Shown here: positions 54,510-63,400 of the stretch, piece by piece
Numbering within the stretch: position 1 is the first letter of the stretch
How the letters are laid out: each line of letters begins with the position of its first letter
Source: Bacteroidales bacterium
GTDB taxonomy: Bacteria; Bacteroidota; Bacteroidia; Bacteroidales; P3
DNA: 64,000 nt
Assembly (NCBI GenBank): GCA_017451385.1
Contig: JAFSPS010000008.1
Coordinates: 89,750 to 153,749, forward strand
Direction: 5' to 3'
The notes under the pieces: generated by a model
Seen by the model: the letters and a program-made list of their open reading frames with translations, nothing else
The model's database searches: none
What the model was told of the DNA's origin: nothing
Program-made: the position numbers and the translations under genes

Positions 54510-56324
54510 TCATTTCTTTTTAGAGGATGAATTATGTATTGCTGCCACATAGCAGTTCTTCTTTACCTCGTTTATGCTGCGATAGTCTGATACTGCCTCG
54601 CTGGGCACATATAGCACGGGGCGTTGATTGGATAGGAGAGAAATCTGCTCCAGTGCGCCATTGCCTATGGTCGGCGGCTGCGGTGTTGCGATGGTTATTC
54701 TTTTGAGTGAGTAGCACATATTAAACGCCTTGTCGCCAATGTGCCGGATGTTTTTTCCAATGTATATTTTTTGTAGTGCTGGACAGGTGCAGAAAGCCTC
54801 GTCGCCAATGGTGGTAATCGAGTCGGGTAGGGTTATGTTCTTCAGTGCGGTGCAGTGGAAGACTTGTTTGCCGATGGAGTGCAGGGTGGATGGCAGATGA
54901 ACTTCGGAGAGCAGCATTGATTTGGAGAAAGCGTAGTTGGGTAGTATTGTCAGCCCTTCGGCAATCGTGGCAGTCTGTAGCGAGTCGATAAATCCGAAGA
55001 TTGCGACGGGCATCACCTCTACACCGCTCTCTATGTTCACGCTGTGCAGGCGATGACACTTGTCGAAAAAGAATTCGAACTCCCCTCCATCACTTTCGCA
55101 GCGTATGGCTTTCCATGTTATGTGAGCTATCTTTTTGCATCCGCTGAAGGCATGGAGGCCAATCCAGCGCAATGTGGTGGGGATAGCCACTGTGTCGGAA
55201 ATACCCACACATCCGTCAAAGGCTTGTGTCTCTATTCGTTCCAATCCTTCGGCGAGGTGTAGTGCCGTTATATCGGGGCAGTCGGCAAAAGCTCGTTGCC
55301 CTATGGTTGTGATGTGGTAGTCGATGAGTCCGTGACGAATGGTTGCGGGTATGGTGAGCTGCCCTGTGGGTAGTGCGAGAGTGTCTGGCCGAGAGCTTTC
55401 CCACTCGGCGGGACGCACTATAGTGGCACGGCGTTGGAGGCGAGAGTCGATGCGGTAGTGCAGCGTCTGCCCGTCGTCGAGTGTGGTGGCATATACCTTG
55501 TCGCTGGGTTGCAGGTAAAGCATAGCGGAGACATAGAGCGCCACCAATATTACGGCCGTAACGGCAGTATGCAGCGGCCAGCGGTTCTCGGTCATTTTTG
55601 CCAGAGCCTCTGCTGTCTGCGGGCGGCGTTTGGGGTTGACGCGAGTGGCGTGGCGTGCTGCACGGCGGAACTGATGCGGCATAAGGCGTCGCATCATAAG
55701 TCCTATGGCGTAGATGTCGGCCTCGGCGTGGGCTGTGTCGCCTGAGGTCTGTTCGGGGGCTGCCCATCCTGCTGTTCCCGCAGCCTGCTTGAAGGCGGCA
55801 TACTGCGGACCGTCGGCCAGTCCGAAGTCTATCACCTTCACCACGTCGCCCTCGTCGGCAATAATGATGTTGGCCGGCTTTAGGTCGCGATGGCACACCT
55901 GACGGCTGTGGCAGTGGGCTATGGCGGAGAGCAGTTGTCGCAGCACATAGCGTCGCTCGCTGGTGCCTTGATGGGTTGTGAGCCACTGGTCCAGCGGTTT
56001 TCCCTCCACATATTCCATCACGATGCAGCGCCCCACCAGCGGGTCGTCCTCGATGCTTTGCACACGCACTATGTTTGGGTGGTTGAGGCTCACCCCGATG
56101 CAGTATTCTTTGTAGAGCCATTCCATCTGCACGGGGTTGCCGCGGTAGCGCGGGGCGAGTCCCTTCAGCACATAGTAGCGTCCGAAGCGGCGCGCCTTGT
56201 ATAAGATATGCGTGTCGCTCTCGCTAATCATCGTATAGTCGGCAAAATAGGGGGTGGTAACGTTGAACGCGCCTTCTACCTCGCCCGATGGTCTATCGTC
56301 AAAAGGAATATCGTTGTCAGCCAT
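54510..56324 (-). CDS. Ser/Thr protein kinase - TM - BspA-type leucine-rich-repeat (LRR_5) fusion
   Basis: Start set at the ATG 56324 (MADNDIPF), giving 604 aa. Hanks kinase motifs YVLKG (Lys), HRDLKPANII, DFGLA and WAAPE. A TM helix AVTAVILVALYVSAMLYL is followed by ~300 aa of I..IG..AF..C..L..I.(I/L)P repeats. Confidence 0.85.
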   Translation of the reverse strand: MADNDIPFDDRPSGEVEGAFNVTTPYFADYTMISESDTHILYKARRFGRYYVLKGLAPRYRGNPVQMEWLYKEYCIGVSLNHPNIVRVQSIEDDPLVGRCIVMEYVEGKPLDQWLTTHQGTSERRYVLRQLLSAIAHCHSRQVCHRDLKPANIIIADEGDVVKVIDFGLADGPQYAAFKQAAGTAGWAAPEQTSGDTAHAEADIYAIGLMMRRLMPHQFRRAARHATRVNPKRRPQTAEALAKMTENRWPLHTAVTAVILVALYVSAMLYLQPSDKVYATTLDDGQTLHYRIDSRLQRRATIVRPAEWESSRPDTLALPTGQLTIPATIRHGLIDYHITTIGQRAFADCPDITALHLAEGLERIETQAFDGCVGISDTVAIPTTLRWIGLHAFSGCKKIAHITWKAIRCESDGGEFEFFFDKCHRLHSVNIESGVEVMPVAIFGFIDSLQTATIAEGLTILPNYAFSKSMLLSEVHLPSTLHSIGKQVFHCTALKNITLPDSITTIGDEAFCTCPALQKIYIGKNIRHIGDKAFNMCYSLKRITIATPQPPTIGNGALEQISLLSNQRPVLYVPSEAVSDYRSINEVKKNCYVAAIHNSSSKKK

Positions 56325-56441
56325 AGATATTATTGGAATATAGGTATATGAATGAATGTGCAAATATATTATTATTTGCCGAATTGGTGTGCGGAAAAAG
56401 TTTTTTGCATTTGGTTTGGGTCAAAATGAATGATTGTCCTA

Positions 56442-56453
56442 TTTTTTTTTTTT
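56442..56453. repeat. T12 homopolymer in divergent promoter region
   Basis: 12 consecutive T immediately 5' of the TACTTTTG box. It lies between the kinase gene (start 56324, minus) and 56468..57061 (plus). Confidence 0.9.
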
Positions 56454-56454
56454 G

Positions 56455-56462
56455 TACTTTTG
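56455..56462 (+). promoter_or_regulatory. candidate -7 box TACTTTTG only 6 nt before the ATG at 56468 (near-leaderless)
   Basis: Exact TAnnTTTG match; the spacing implies a transcription start within a few nt of the ATG. Confidence 0.35.
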
Positions 56463-56467
56463 CCGTC

Positions 56468-57061
56468 ATGAACGAGAGCGAAATACAACATATAGAGACC
56501 CTTAAACGGTTGTTGTGCGAGGCGGCAGGCTGTGAGGCACAGCGCGCCACCGATTTCATAGTCCTTGCAGTATATGTGCGTAGCCAGACGCGCGTAAACA
56601 TAGGTGTCAATACCTTGAAACGCCTTTTCCACTATGGCAGCGAGCATGCCATGCCGCGCCTTGAGACCCTCAATGTGCTGGCACGCAGTCTTGGCTATCG
56701 CAGTTATTCCGATTTCTGCACCCATTATGGCACCTCTGCCACTGCGCAGTCGAGCGATGTGGTGTTGGGACCTCATGTCTCGACGTCTTCGTTGTTGGAG
56801 GGGCAGCGCATACGGCTGCGGTGGAATCCGGGTCGCGAGTGCGTGGCAGAGTATCTGGGCAACGACACTTTCCGCGTCATTAGGAGCGAGCAGACCAAGT
56901 TGCAGCCAAACGACACCTTTCAGGCCACATTCTTCGCAGTGGGTCACGTGGCAATGCTTGCCAACCTCATACATGGCGACACCTCGTTCCCTCTCTACGA
57001 GATAGGGAGGCAGGGCGGTCTCACGCTCGCCGAGGTGGTTGCAATTCGCAACGAGGAATGA
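56468..57061 (+). CDS. hypothetical protein, possible N-terminal HTH-like segment
   Basis: Start set at the ATG 56468 (MNESEIQHIETLKRLL), giving 197 aa. The segment NIGVNTLKRLFHYG....RLETLNVLARSLGYRSYSDF resembles an XRE-like HTH, and the C-terminal half is beta-rich. It is divergent from the kinase gene. Confidence 0.55.
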   Translation: MNESEIQHIETLKRLLCEAAGCEAQRATDFIVLAVYVRSQTRVNIGVNTLKRLFHYGSEHAMPRLETLNVLARSLGYRSYSDFCTHYGTSATAQSSDVVLGPHVSTSSLLEGQRIRLRWNPGRECVAEYLGNDTFRVIRSEQTKLQPNDTFQATFFAVGHVAMLANLIHGDTSFPLYEIGRQGGLTLAEVVAIRNEE

Positions 57062-57084
57062 ACAAATAATTTAGTAGTAAAAGT

Positions 57085-57117
57085 GCATCAGTCCCAGGGG
57101 GTTGATGCGTTTTTTTT
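57085..57117 (+). terminator. rho-independent terminator
   Basis: GCATCA (57085-90) pairs with TGATGC (57103-08), followed by a T8 tract. Confidence 0.55.
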
Positions 57118-57278
57118 ATGTGGATATTTGAGTAGGGGTAGGTTGCGGAGTAGGCAGTGACTGTGTGCTATCGAAATGGGTTAGAGTGGATTTGTCCGTA
57201 TGTTGCAAATAGCGTTCTTTTGTACTGTTTGAACATCGTTCGAACAGTGTTTAATAATTTAATTAATAATTTACAACA

Positions 57279-57572
57279 ATGAAAAGAACAACCGATTCTA
57301 TCGCCCTCGCCGTTGCTATGGGGGTGTTGATGCTGGCTGGTTGCGAAGGCGGCAGCGAGGCCTACAAGGACGCCAAGAGTGCTCTTAAAGAGCAGAAGAA
57401 TGCCATCAAAAAGGCGGAAAGCTGTACGGAGTTAGAGATGGCAATAAAATATGCCGATGCGTACTCGAATTCATCCGAATGTTCGATGGAAGAGAACCTA
57501 AAGCTCCTTGAGCAGATGGAGGAGCTTGAGAATTTGTACAATGAGAAAAAGAAGAAACTCTGCAACGATTAA
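57279..57572 (+). CDS. small lipoprotein, helical/charged
   Basis: 97 aa with lipobox MLAGCEGG and a Lys/Glu-rich helical body. Confidence 0.6.
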   Translation: MKRTTDSIALAVAMGVLMLAGCEGGSEAYKDAKSALKEQKNAIKKAESCTELEMAIKYADAYSNSSECSMEENLKLLEQMEELENLYNEKKKKLCND

Positions 57573-57592
57573 TCGAAAAAAAAGACAAATCG

Positions 57593-57618
57593 AAAAGGCT
57601 GACGTAAGTCAGCCTTTT
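57593..57618. terminator. bidirectional terminator between convergent genes
   Basis: Perfect 11-bp stem AAAAGGCTGAC / GTCAGCCTTTT with loop GTAA and A/T runs on both sides. Confidence 0.7.
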
Positions 57619-57651
57619 CTGTTCTGATGTTATGTAAGATGAAAAAGATTT

Positions 57652-58392
57652 TTATTTAAGCATGCTCCCGTAGGCATCAAGTACGTCGCCGTATGCGTCA
57701 AGAGCATCTTTCATGTCTTTGCTATTGGCAGCTTTTGCGGCTTTGCCAGCGGCTTTTAGGGCTTTTTGGCTGGCATCTACAGCTTTTTCGAGGTCGTCGA
57801 AGTCGATATCATCGTCGTCGATGTCGGTACTGCTGTAGGAGGACGATGAGGAAGAAGAAGATGATGAGTTATAGGTTTTATCGAGGTCGGCACGAGTGAT
57901 TTTTGCACCGGCAACTTTGTCAAAGATAACCTTAGCATCCTTGTATTTCTTGCCACCCCATAATGGTTTGACTGTAACCTTCTTTTCGATAACCTTTTCT
58001 GATGCTAAAAGGGCTTTCACGACATCCCAATCGGGCCTTATATCATAATCAATTTCTGCTTCATTGGCATCTGTGAAATCAACGCTCAAATTTCCCATCT
58101 TTGGAGTGTAGTATGTATCGGCCTTGGGGTCTGTGCCGTCCACTTCGCTCCATGGGATGGTACTCGTCATTGGAATAATCATTTGTACCTCCCAGTCGTT
58201 ATCCTTCCCCGAAGGATTGGTAAGAATTACTTTGACGGAGTCAGAGACATCGAGAAGTTGGTCGTGTGTGCCATCGATAGTTACAGATTCGTTCGACAGC
58301 ATCTTAGTCATCTCGACTTCATTTTCGCCGCAGGCGGTCATCATCAGGCCGATTGTTGCGGCAAGCGCAATGGTAAAAAGTGTTTTTTTCAT
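57652..58392 (-). CDS. lipoprotein with poly-Ser/acidic linker and Lys/Ala-rich C-terminus
   Basis: 246 aa with lipobox MMTACGE, a beta-rich N-domain, the run SSSSSSSSSSYSSTDIDDDDIDFDD, and then KALKAAGKAAKAANSKDMKD. Confidence 0.7.
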   Translation of the reverse strand: MKKTLFTIALAATIGLMMTACGENEVEMTKMLSNESVTIDGTHDQLLDVSDSVKVILTNPSGKDNDWEVQMIIPMTSTIPWSEVDGTDPKADTYYTPKMGNLSVDFTDANEAEIDYDIRPDWDVVKALLASEKVIEKKVTVKPLWGGKKYKDAKVIFDKVAGAKITRADLDKTYNSSSSSSSSSSYSSTDIDDDDIDFDDLEKAVDASQKALKAAGKAAKAANSKDMKDALDAYGDVLDAYGSMLK

Positions 58393-58481
58393 TTTGATAT
58401 TGTTTTGGTTAATTAAATAGTTTATTTATTTTGATTTTTTTGTCTGTTAGAAGAAATGCATTTGCGGTTCAAAAACAAATG

Positions 58482-58489
58482 CAAAAGTA
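58482..58489 (-). promoter_or_regulatory. candidate -7 box TACTTTTG for 57652..58392
   Basis: The minus-strand TACTTTTG lies 90 nt upstream of the ATG at 58392. Confidence 0.35.
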
Positions 58490-58664
58490 ATGCAACGCGA
58501 CAACCCTGCCAAATCCGTTCTGACCCATTTGTCAATTAGTTGTAAACCAATGAGATTATTTGTTCAAAAAATATGCTTGCATCTTACTGGCGTGGTGTTC
58601 ACGATACCCGTTGTGTAAGATTTTTGAAAGTTCAAAAAAAGTACTCAAAAGTTCAGAAAAAATG

Positions 58665-58692
58665 TACTTTTGAAATAATATTTGTACTTTTG
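58665..58692 (+). promoter_or_regulatory. two tandem TACTTTTG boxes (58665-72, 58685-92) upstream of 58718..60142
   Basis: Both are exact TAnnTTTG matches embedded in a duplicated TGTACTTTTG word 20 nt apart. Confidence 0.4.
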
Positions 58693-58717
58693 TAAAAGAA
58701 ATAAAAAATGATTAGTT

Positions 58718-60142
58718 ATGATAAGTGTACAGAAAATCAAAGAATTAATTGCAGGAGGCGAAGACTTTAATGTGGATTTCAAAAGAGACGTACCATCAAA
58801 AATACGTGAACTTACGGAAGAAGTATGTGCTTTCGCAAATGCGGCAGGCGGTTTTGTCCTGATAGGCGTAACCGACCACAACGAGATAATAGGCTGCAAG
58901 ATAGAAAACAAAAAGCGTTCTGCCATACAGTTGAGTATTGGCGAAATATCACCGAGCCTATCGTGCAAACTATACAGCGTAGAAGTTGACGGCAAAGAAG
59001 TGTGGGTGATAGAAGTTCCTGCGGGACGCGACAAACCATACTTTCTGGCAGGAACAATATACATAAGAGAAGGCGCCAACAGCCAGAAAGTAACGAGTGT
59101 TGATGTAATACGAAACCTCTTTGTAAGCAACAACAAACTATTCTTTGATGCGGCACCAATGCCTCGTGTCGATTTGAAAACAAATCTTGATGAGGATAAC
59201 TTTAATGAGTTCCGTCGAGAGGCAGGAATGTCGGCAGACATCCCCGTGGGCCAGATACTTGAAAATATGCAGGTGTTTGACGAAGATGGTCATGCAAAAC
59301 GAGGCGGAGTGCTGTTTTTCGCAAAAAGCCCGGAGACATACTTCTTCCATGCCGTCATACGCTGTGTGCGCTTCAAAGGAATAGACAAAGTGTACATCAT
59401 AGATGACAAAACATTTGGAGGTCCCCTTGTGCAGCAGTACCATAAAGCTATGGCGTGGCTTCAGAGCACGCTGACCGTGGCTTACGAGATAACAGGCATA
59501 GGACCGCGCCGCGAGGTGTGGGAAATACCACTCAACGTGTTCAAAGAGTCAATAATCAACGCATTGTCGCATCGTGACTACTTTGAGATGGGAGCAAGCA
59601 TCACGATAGAAGTCTTTGATGACCGAGTAGAAGTCACCAACCCCGGAGGTGCCCTACCTCTGGTGGCGCAAGATTTCGGACGGCGCAGTATGTCGCGTAA
59701 CCCGCTCATCTTTGGTCTCTTCAATAAGATGAGGCTTGTAGAGCATATAGGTTCTGGAATACCGCGTATGCGTAGAGACATGGCGGAAGCCGGCCTTCCG
59801 GAGCCAGTATTTGAGACCGACGGATTCTTTGTTGTAACATTCTTCCGTCGCGGACATCACGCCATCACGCCATACAGTCAAATCCCGCATGCGTCGGAAG
59901 CTGACGACTGGATGCGATTTGCATACACAGAACCACAAAAGACCAAAACAACCCCGACAGGCATCCAACACGACATCATGCATATAATGAAGCAGACACC
60001 GCATGCTACTCTTCCAGAAATTGCGGCGCAAGTGGGGCTGGGACGCACGTCGGTGTACAAGATTATCAAAAAGATGCAAGAGCAGGGGCTTGTAGGTCGT
60101 AAAGGTCGCAAGTCAGACGGCATCTGGGTAGTGCTGTGCTGA
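58718..60142 (+). CDS. AlbA_2 (Schlafen-like) + HATPase_c_4 + C-terminal wHTH protein (RecG-like putative DNA-binding regulator)
   Basis: 474 aa. GEDFNVDFKRDV...VCAFANAAGGFVLIGV is the AlbA_2 pattern. RNPLIFGLFNKMRLVEHIGSGIPRMRRDMAEAGLPEPVFE is the HATPase_c_4 pattern. ATLPEIAAQVGLGRTSVYKIIKKMQEQGLV is the wHTH. Confidence 0.82.
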   Translation: MISVQKIKELIAGGEDFNVDFKRDVPSKIRELTEEVCAFANAAGGFVLIGVTDHNEIIGCKIENKKRSAIQLSIGEISPSLSCKLYSVEVDGKEVWVIEVPAGRDKPYFLAGTIYIREGANSQKVTSVDVIRNLFVSNNKLFFDAAPMPRVDLKTNLDEDNFNEFRREAGMSADIPVGQILENMQVFDEDGHAKRGGVLFFAKSPETYFFHAVIRCVRFKGIDKVYIIDDKTFGGPLVQQYHKAMAWLQSTLTVAYEITGIGPRREVWEIPLNVFKESIINALSHRDYFEMGASITIEVFDDRVEVTNPGGALPLVAQDFGRRSMSRNPLIFGLFNKMRLVEHIGSGIPRMRRDMAEAGLPEPVFETDGFFVVTFFRRGHHAITPYSQIPHASEADDWMRFAYTEPQKTKTTPTGIQHDIMHIMKQTPHATLPEIAAQVGLGRTSVYKIIKKMQEQGLVGRKGRKSDGIWVVLC

Positions 60143-60452
60143 GAGTAGGCAGTAAAGGCGACAGATGGATTGACTAAGAATAATAGATTGACACAGGACT
60201 TTGTTGCAGCACAATCCGCTGATTGCTTACAACACGTAGAATAGATGCCTCAAAGCAACTACGGCGTGCGTTGCCACCGTTGATGGTGATGCGCGCCGTG
60301 TGTATTGTGACAGCATCTAAAATATTCACATCTGATTGTTTGTATGTTATGACCAATGGGAAGTATGTGGTATCACATTATTTAATACTTTTGCTAATTG
60401 CACAGATAGTGTGTTGTAATGAAATAAATAAGTAAGCAAAAAAAATATAACT

Positions 60453-63400
60453 ATGAGAATTAGACAGATATGGCTGCTTGTGGTGGCTATGATGGTAAGT
60501 GGTGTGCTAATGGCACAGAAGAATAAAGGCATAGAACTGACAGCCGAGGGGCTTCCCGAACAACTGTTGCAACAGCTCAATGGCAGTGGCAAAGACAGCG
60601 ACAGGGCAAAAGCCAACGCTGCTATCATAGAGGAATTTAAGTCGTTCTATGCTTCGCGCAGTAACGATGAGCAGCAGCGCCTGACGGCGATGTTTGCTCC
60701 GCTGGTGAAAAACAAAATCAAGAGCAACGACCTTGCTGGACTTATAAGTGGTATCAATACATTCTATGCCACGCCCGTAGGCAAAAGTAACGTATCGGGA
60801 TGGCTGGACTGTGCCGAGATGCTACAAAAGAAAGGCAAGAACAGCAAGCGACTGCTTGACTTTGCCGACTTTGCTGCCCAGCTGGCTAAAGACCGCACAC
60901 TGTGCAAATTCCAGAGCAACCTGTGGCAGGCGCAGGCAGGCTCAACGTTCACGATGAGTACTGATGGTGTAGATGTGTTGGTGCGCTTTGACACCCCGAT
61001 AGAGCTATACTATGGCAGTAAGAGTGACAACGGCACCATCTATGGCACTACGGGCACCTACTACTACCTCGACAACCGTTGGGAAGGACAAGGCGGCCGT
61101 CTGAACTGGGACCGAACGGGGCTGCCCACCACCGTCTGTTGGGCTGTGCTCAACCGCTACACGTCAGACACTAAATTCCCCAAATTCAGTGCCGACTCCG
61201 TACTTTTCACTAACACCAACTATTTCAAAAGTCCCATTCTCGGACGCGTGGAGGACATGCTTTCCAACAAGAAAGAGCCGGATAAATATAATTACCCGCA
61301 ATTCAAGTCGTATCAGAAAGACTTTAAGATAAAAGACATTCTTGAAGGTGTGGACTATGAGGGTACCTTCATGATGAACGGAGGCAAGATGGTGCCTAAT
61401 GATGAAAAAAATCCTGCCTCGCTGGTATTCTATCGTGACGGGCAACGTTTTATCAGCGTCAAAGCTGCCAAGTTTAATATCACACACACTCGATTGCTCG
61501 TGGAGCGTGCCAGCGTGGTGATAAACCTTGGTGGCGACTCCATCTCCAACGATGGAGTGAGCGTGCGCTATCAGACTACGGACAAGACCGTCAACATCAT
61601 CAATGACCCTCAGCGCAACTACTATGGCCCATATACCGATAGCTACCATAATCTGGACATCTTCTGCGAGAACATATCGTGGCGTGTGGGTAGCGATGAA
61701 GTAGTTTTTGCCAACCTTGGCTCGGAGGGCGACGTGTCGTTCTGCTCCTTTGAGAGTGCCAACTACTTCTCTATGCGCAAGGCGCGCGAGCTGCAGGGTA
61801 TTGACGAAGTCAACCCCACGACACTCATCTACAACTATTCTAAGAAGAAAGGAGTGGATGGAGAATTCTACGTTGACGAGTTTGCCAAAGCGATACACCT
61901 CGACGTGGTTCAGGCGCGCTCCATGGTTCATAAGTTGGCTGGGTCGGGACTTGTCTCGTTCAACGAGAGTACGCAGCGCGTGGTCTGCAAGCCCAAGCTG
62001 ACGGCCTACGTCAAGGCCTTCAACCAAGTGAAGAACTACGACTATGACGCCATCGTGCTTGAGTCGTCGTCGAAAAATGGCAATGCGCGTCTCGACCTTT
62101 CGAACAACGACCTCCGCGTACAGGGCATTAAGAAGTTTGTGGTTAGCGACAGCCAGAAGGTGGCAATCTATCCGCGCAAGGGGCAGCTCGTGGTGCATAA
62201 GAACCGCGACATCAGTTTCTCCGGCCGTATAGATGCCGGACGCTTCGTGATGTTTGTTACCGATGGCGCTTTCTCATACGAGAAGTTCCACCTTGACTTG
62301 CCGCAGGTTGACTCGCTCTATTTCTATGTGAAGATGTTTGACAAGCCTGACGAGGAGCGCCTTGTGCGTACGCCTCTGCGAGGACTCGTAGCCACAATTC
62401 AGATTGACGAGTCCAATAACCATAACGGGCTCAAGGCTACTACGGGCTATCCAGTGCTGACCAGCAAGGAGCCAAGCTATGTTTATTATGATGTGCAGGA
62501 TATGCAGCACGGAGCCTACAAGAAAGACAACTTCTATTTTACTCTCGACCCTTTCGTAGTCAACAATCTTGACGATTTTGAGACAGATAGTCTCTGGTTT
62601 GACGGTGTGCTGACCTCGGCAGGCATCTTCCCTGAGTTTCGTGAGCCGCTACGTGTGCAGCCGGACTATTCGCTCGGTTTCGTGCGTCAGACGCCGCCCG
62701 AGGGCTTCCCTACCTATGGCGGCAAGGGCCGTTTCACCAATACTATAGACCTGAGCTATCATGGTCTTCATGGTCGCGGACGTCTTGATTATCTGACCTC
62801 CACCACGCTGTCCAATGCCATCCTCTTTTTGCCAGACTCTATGTATGCTGTGACTGACACGTTCTATGTGCGCGAGGAGCAGGGTTTTCCTGAAATCCAC
62901 AATGGACGAGCCATCGAACGCTGGCATCCCTACGAGGACTCTATGCAGGTGGCGCAGATGCGTGGTGGTACGCCATTCTCTATGTTCCATGGCGAGTCGG
63001 TGTTGAATGGCTATGTGGCGTTGATGCCGCAAGGTGCGATGGCATCGGGCTCTGCTACGGTGCATGTGGATGGCACGTTGCAGTCAGACCATTTTGCCCT
63101 TGGTACGCACGAGATGGATGCCAAGGTGAGCGATTTTGTGTTGCACAGCAGTCTATATGACCGCGAGGCCTTCCGTGCCAGCAATATGAAGGCGCACGTG
63201 GATTATAAGGAGCACTATGCTGACTTTACCGCCAACGATGCCATAGGACGCACGGAGTTGCCCGTCTTGCAGTACTTGGCCTATGTGGACAAGTTCTCAT
63301 GGCAGATGGAGAAGAAGAGTCTTGACCTGATGAACAGTCGCAGCGAGAACACAATGGGAATGGAGGATACGCCGCTGCGCGACCGCGTGGGCAAGAAGAT

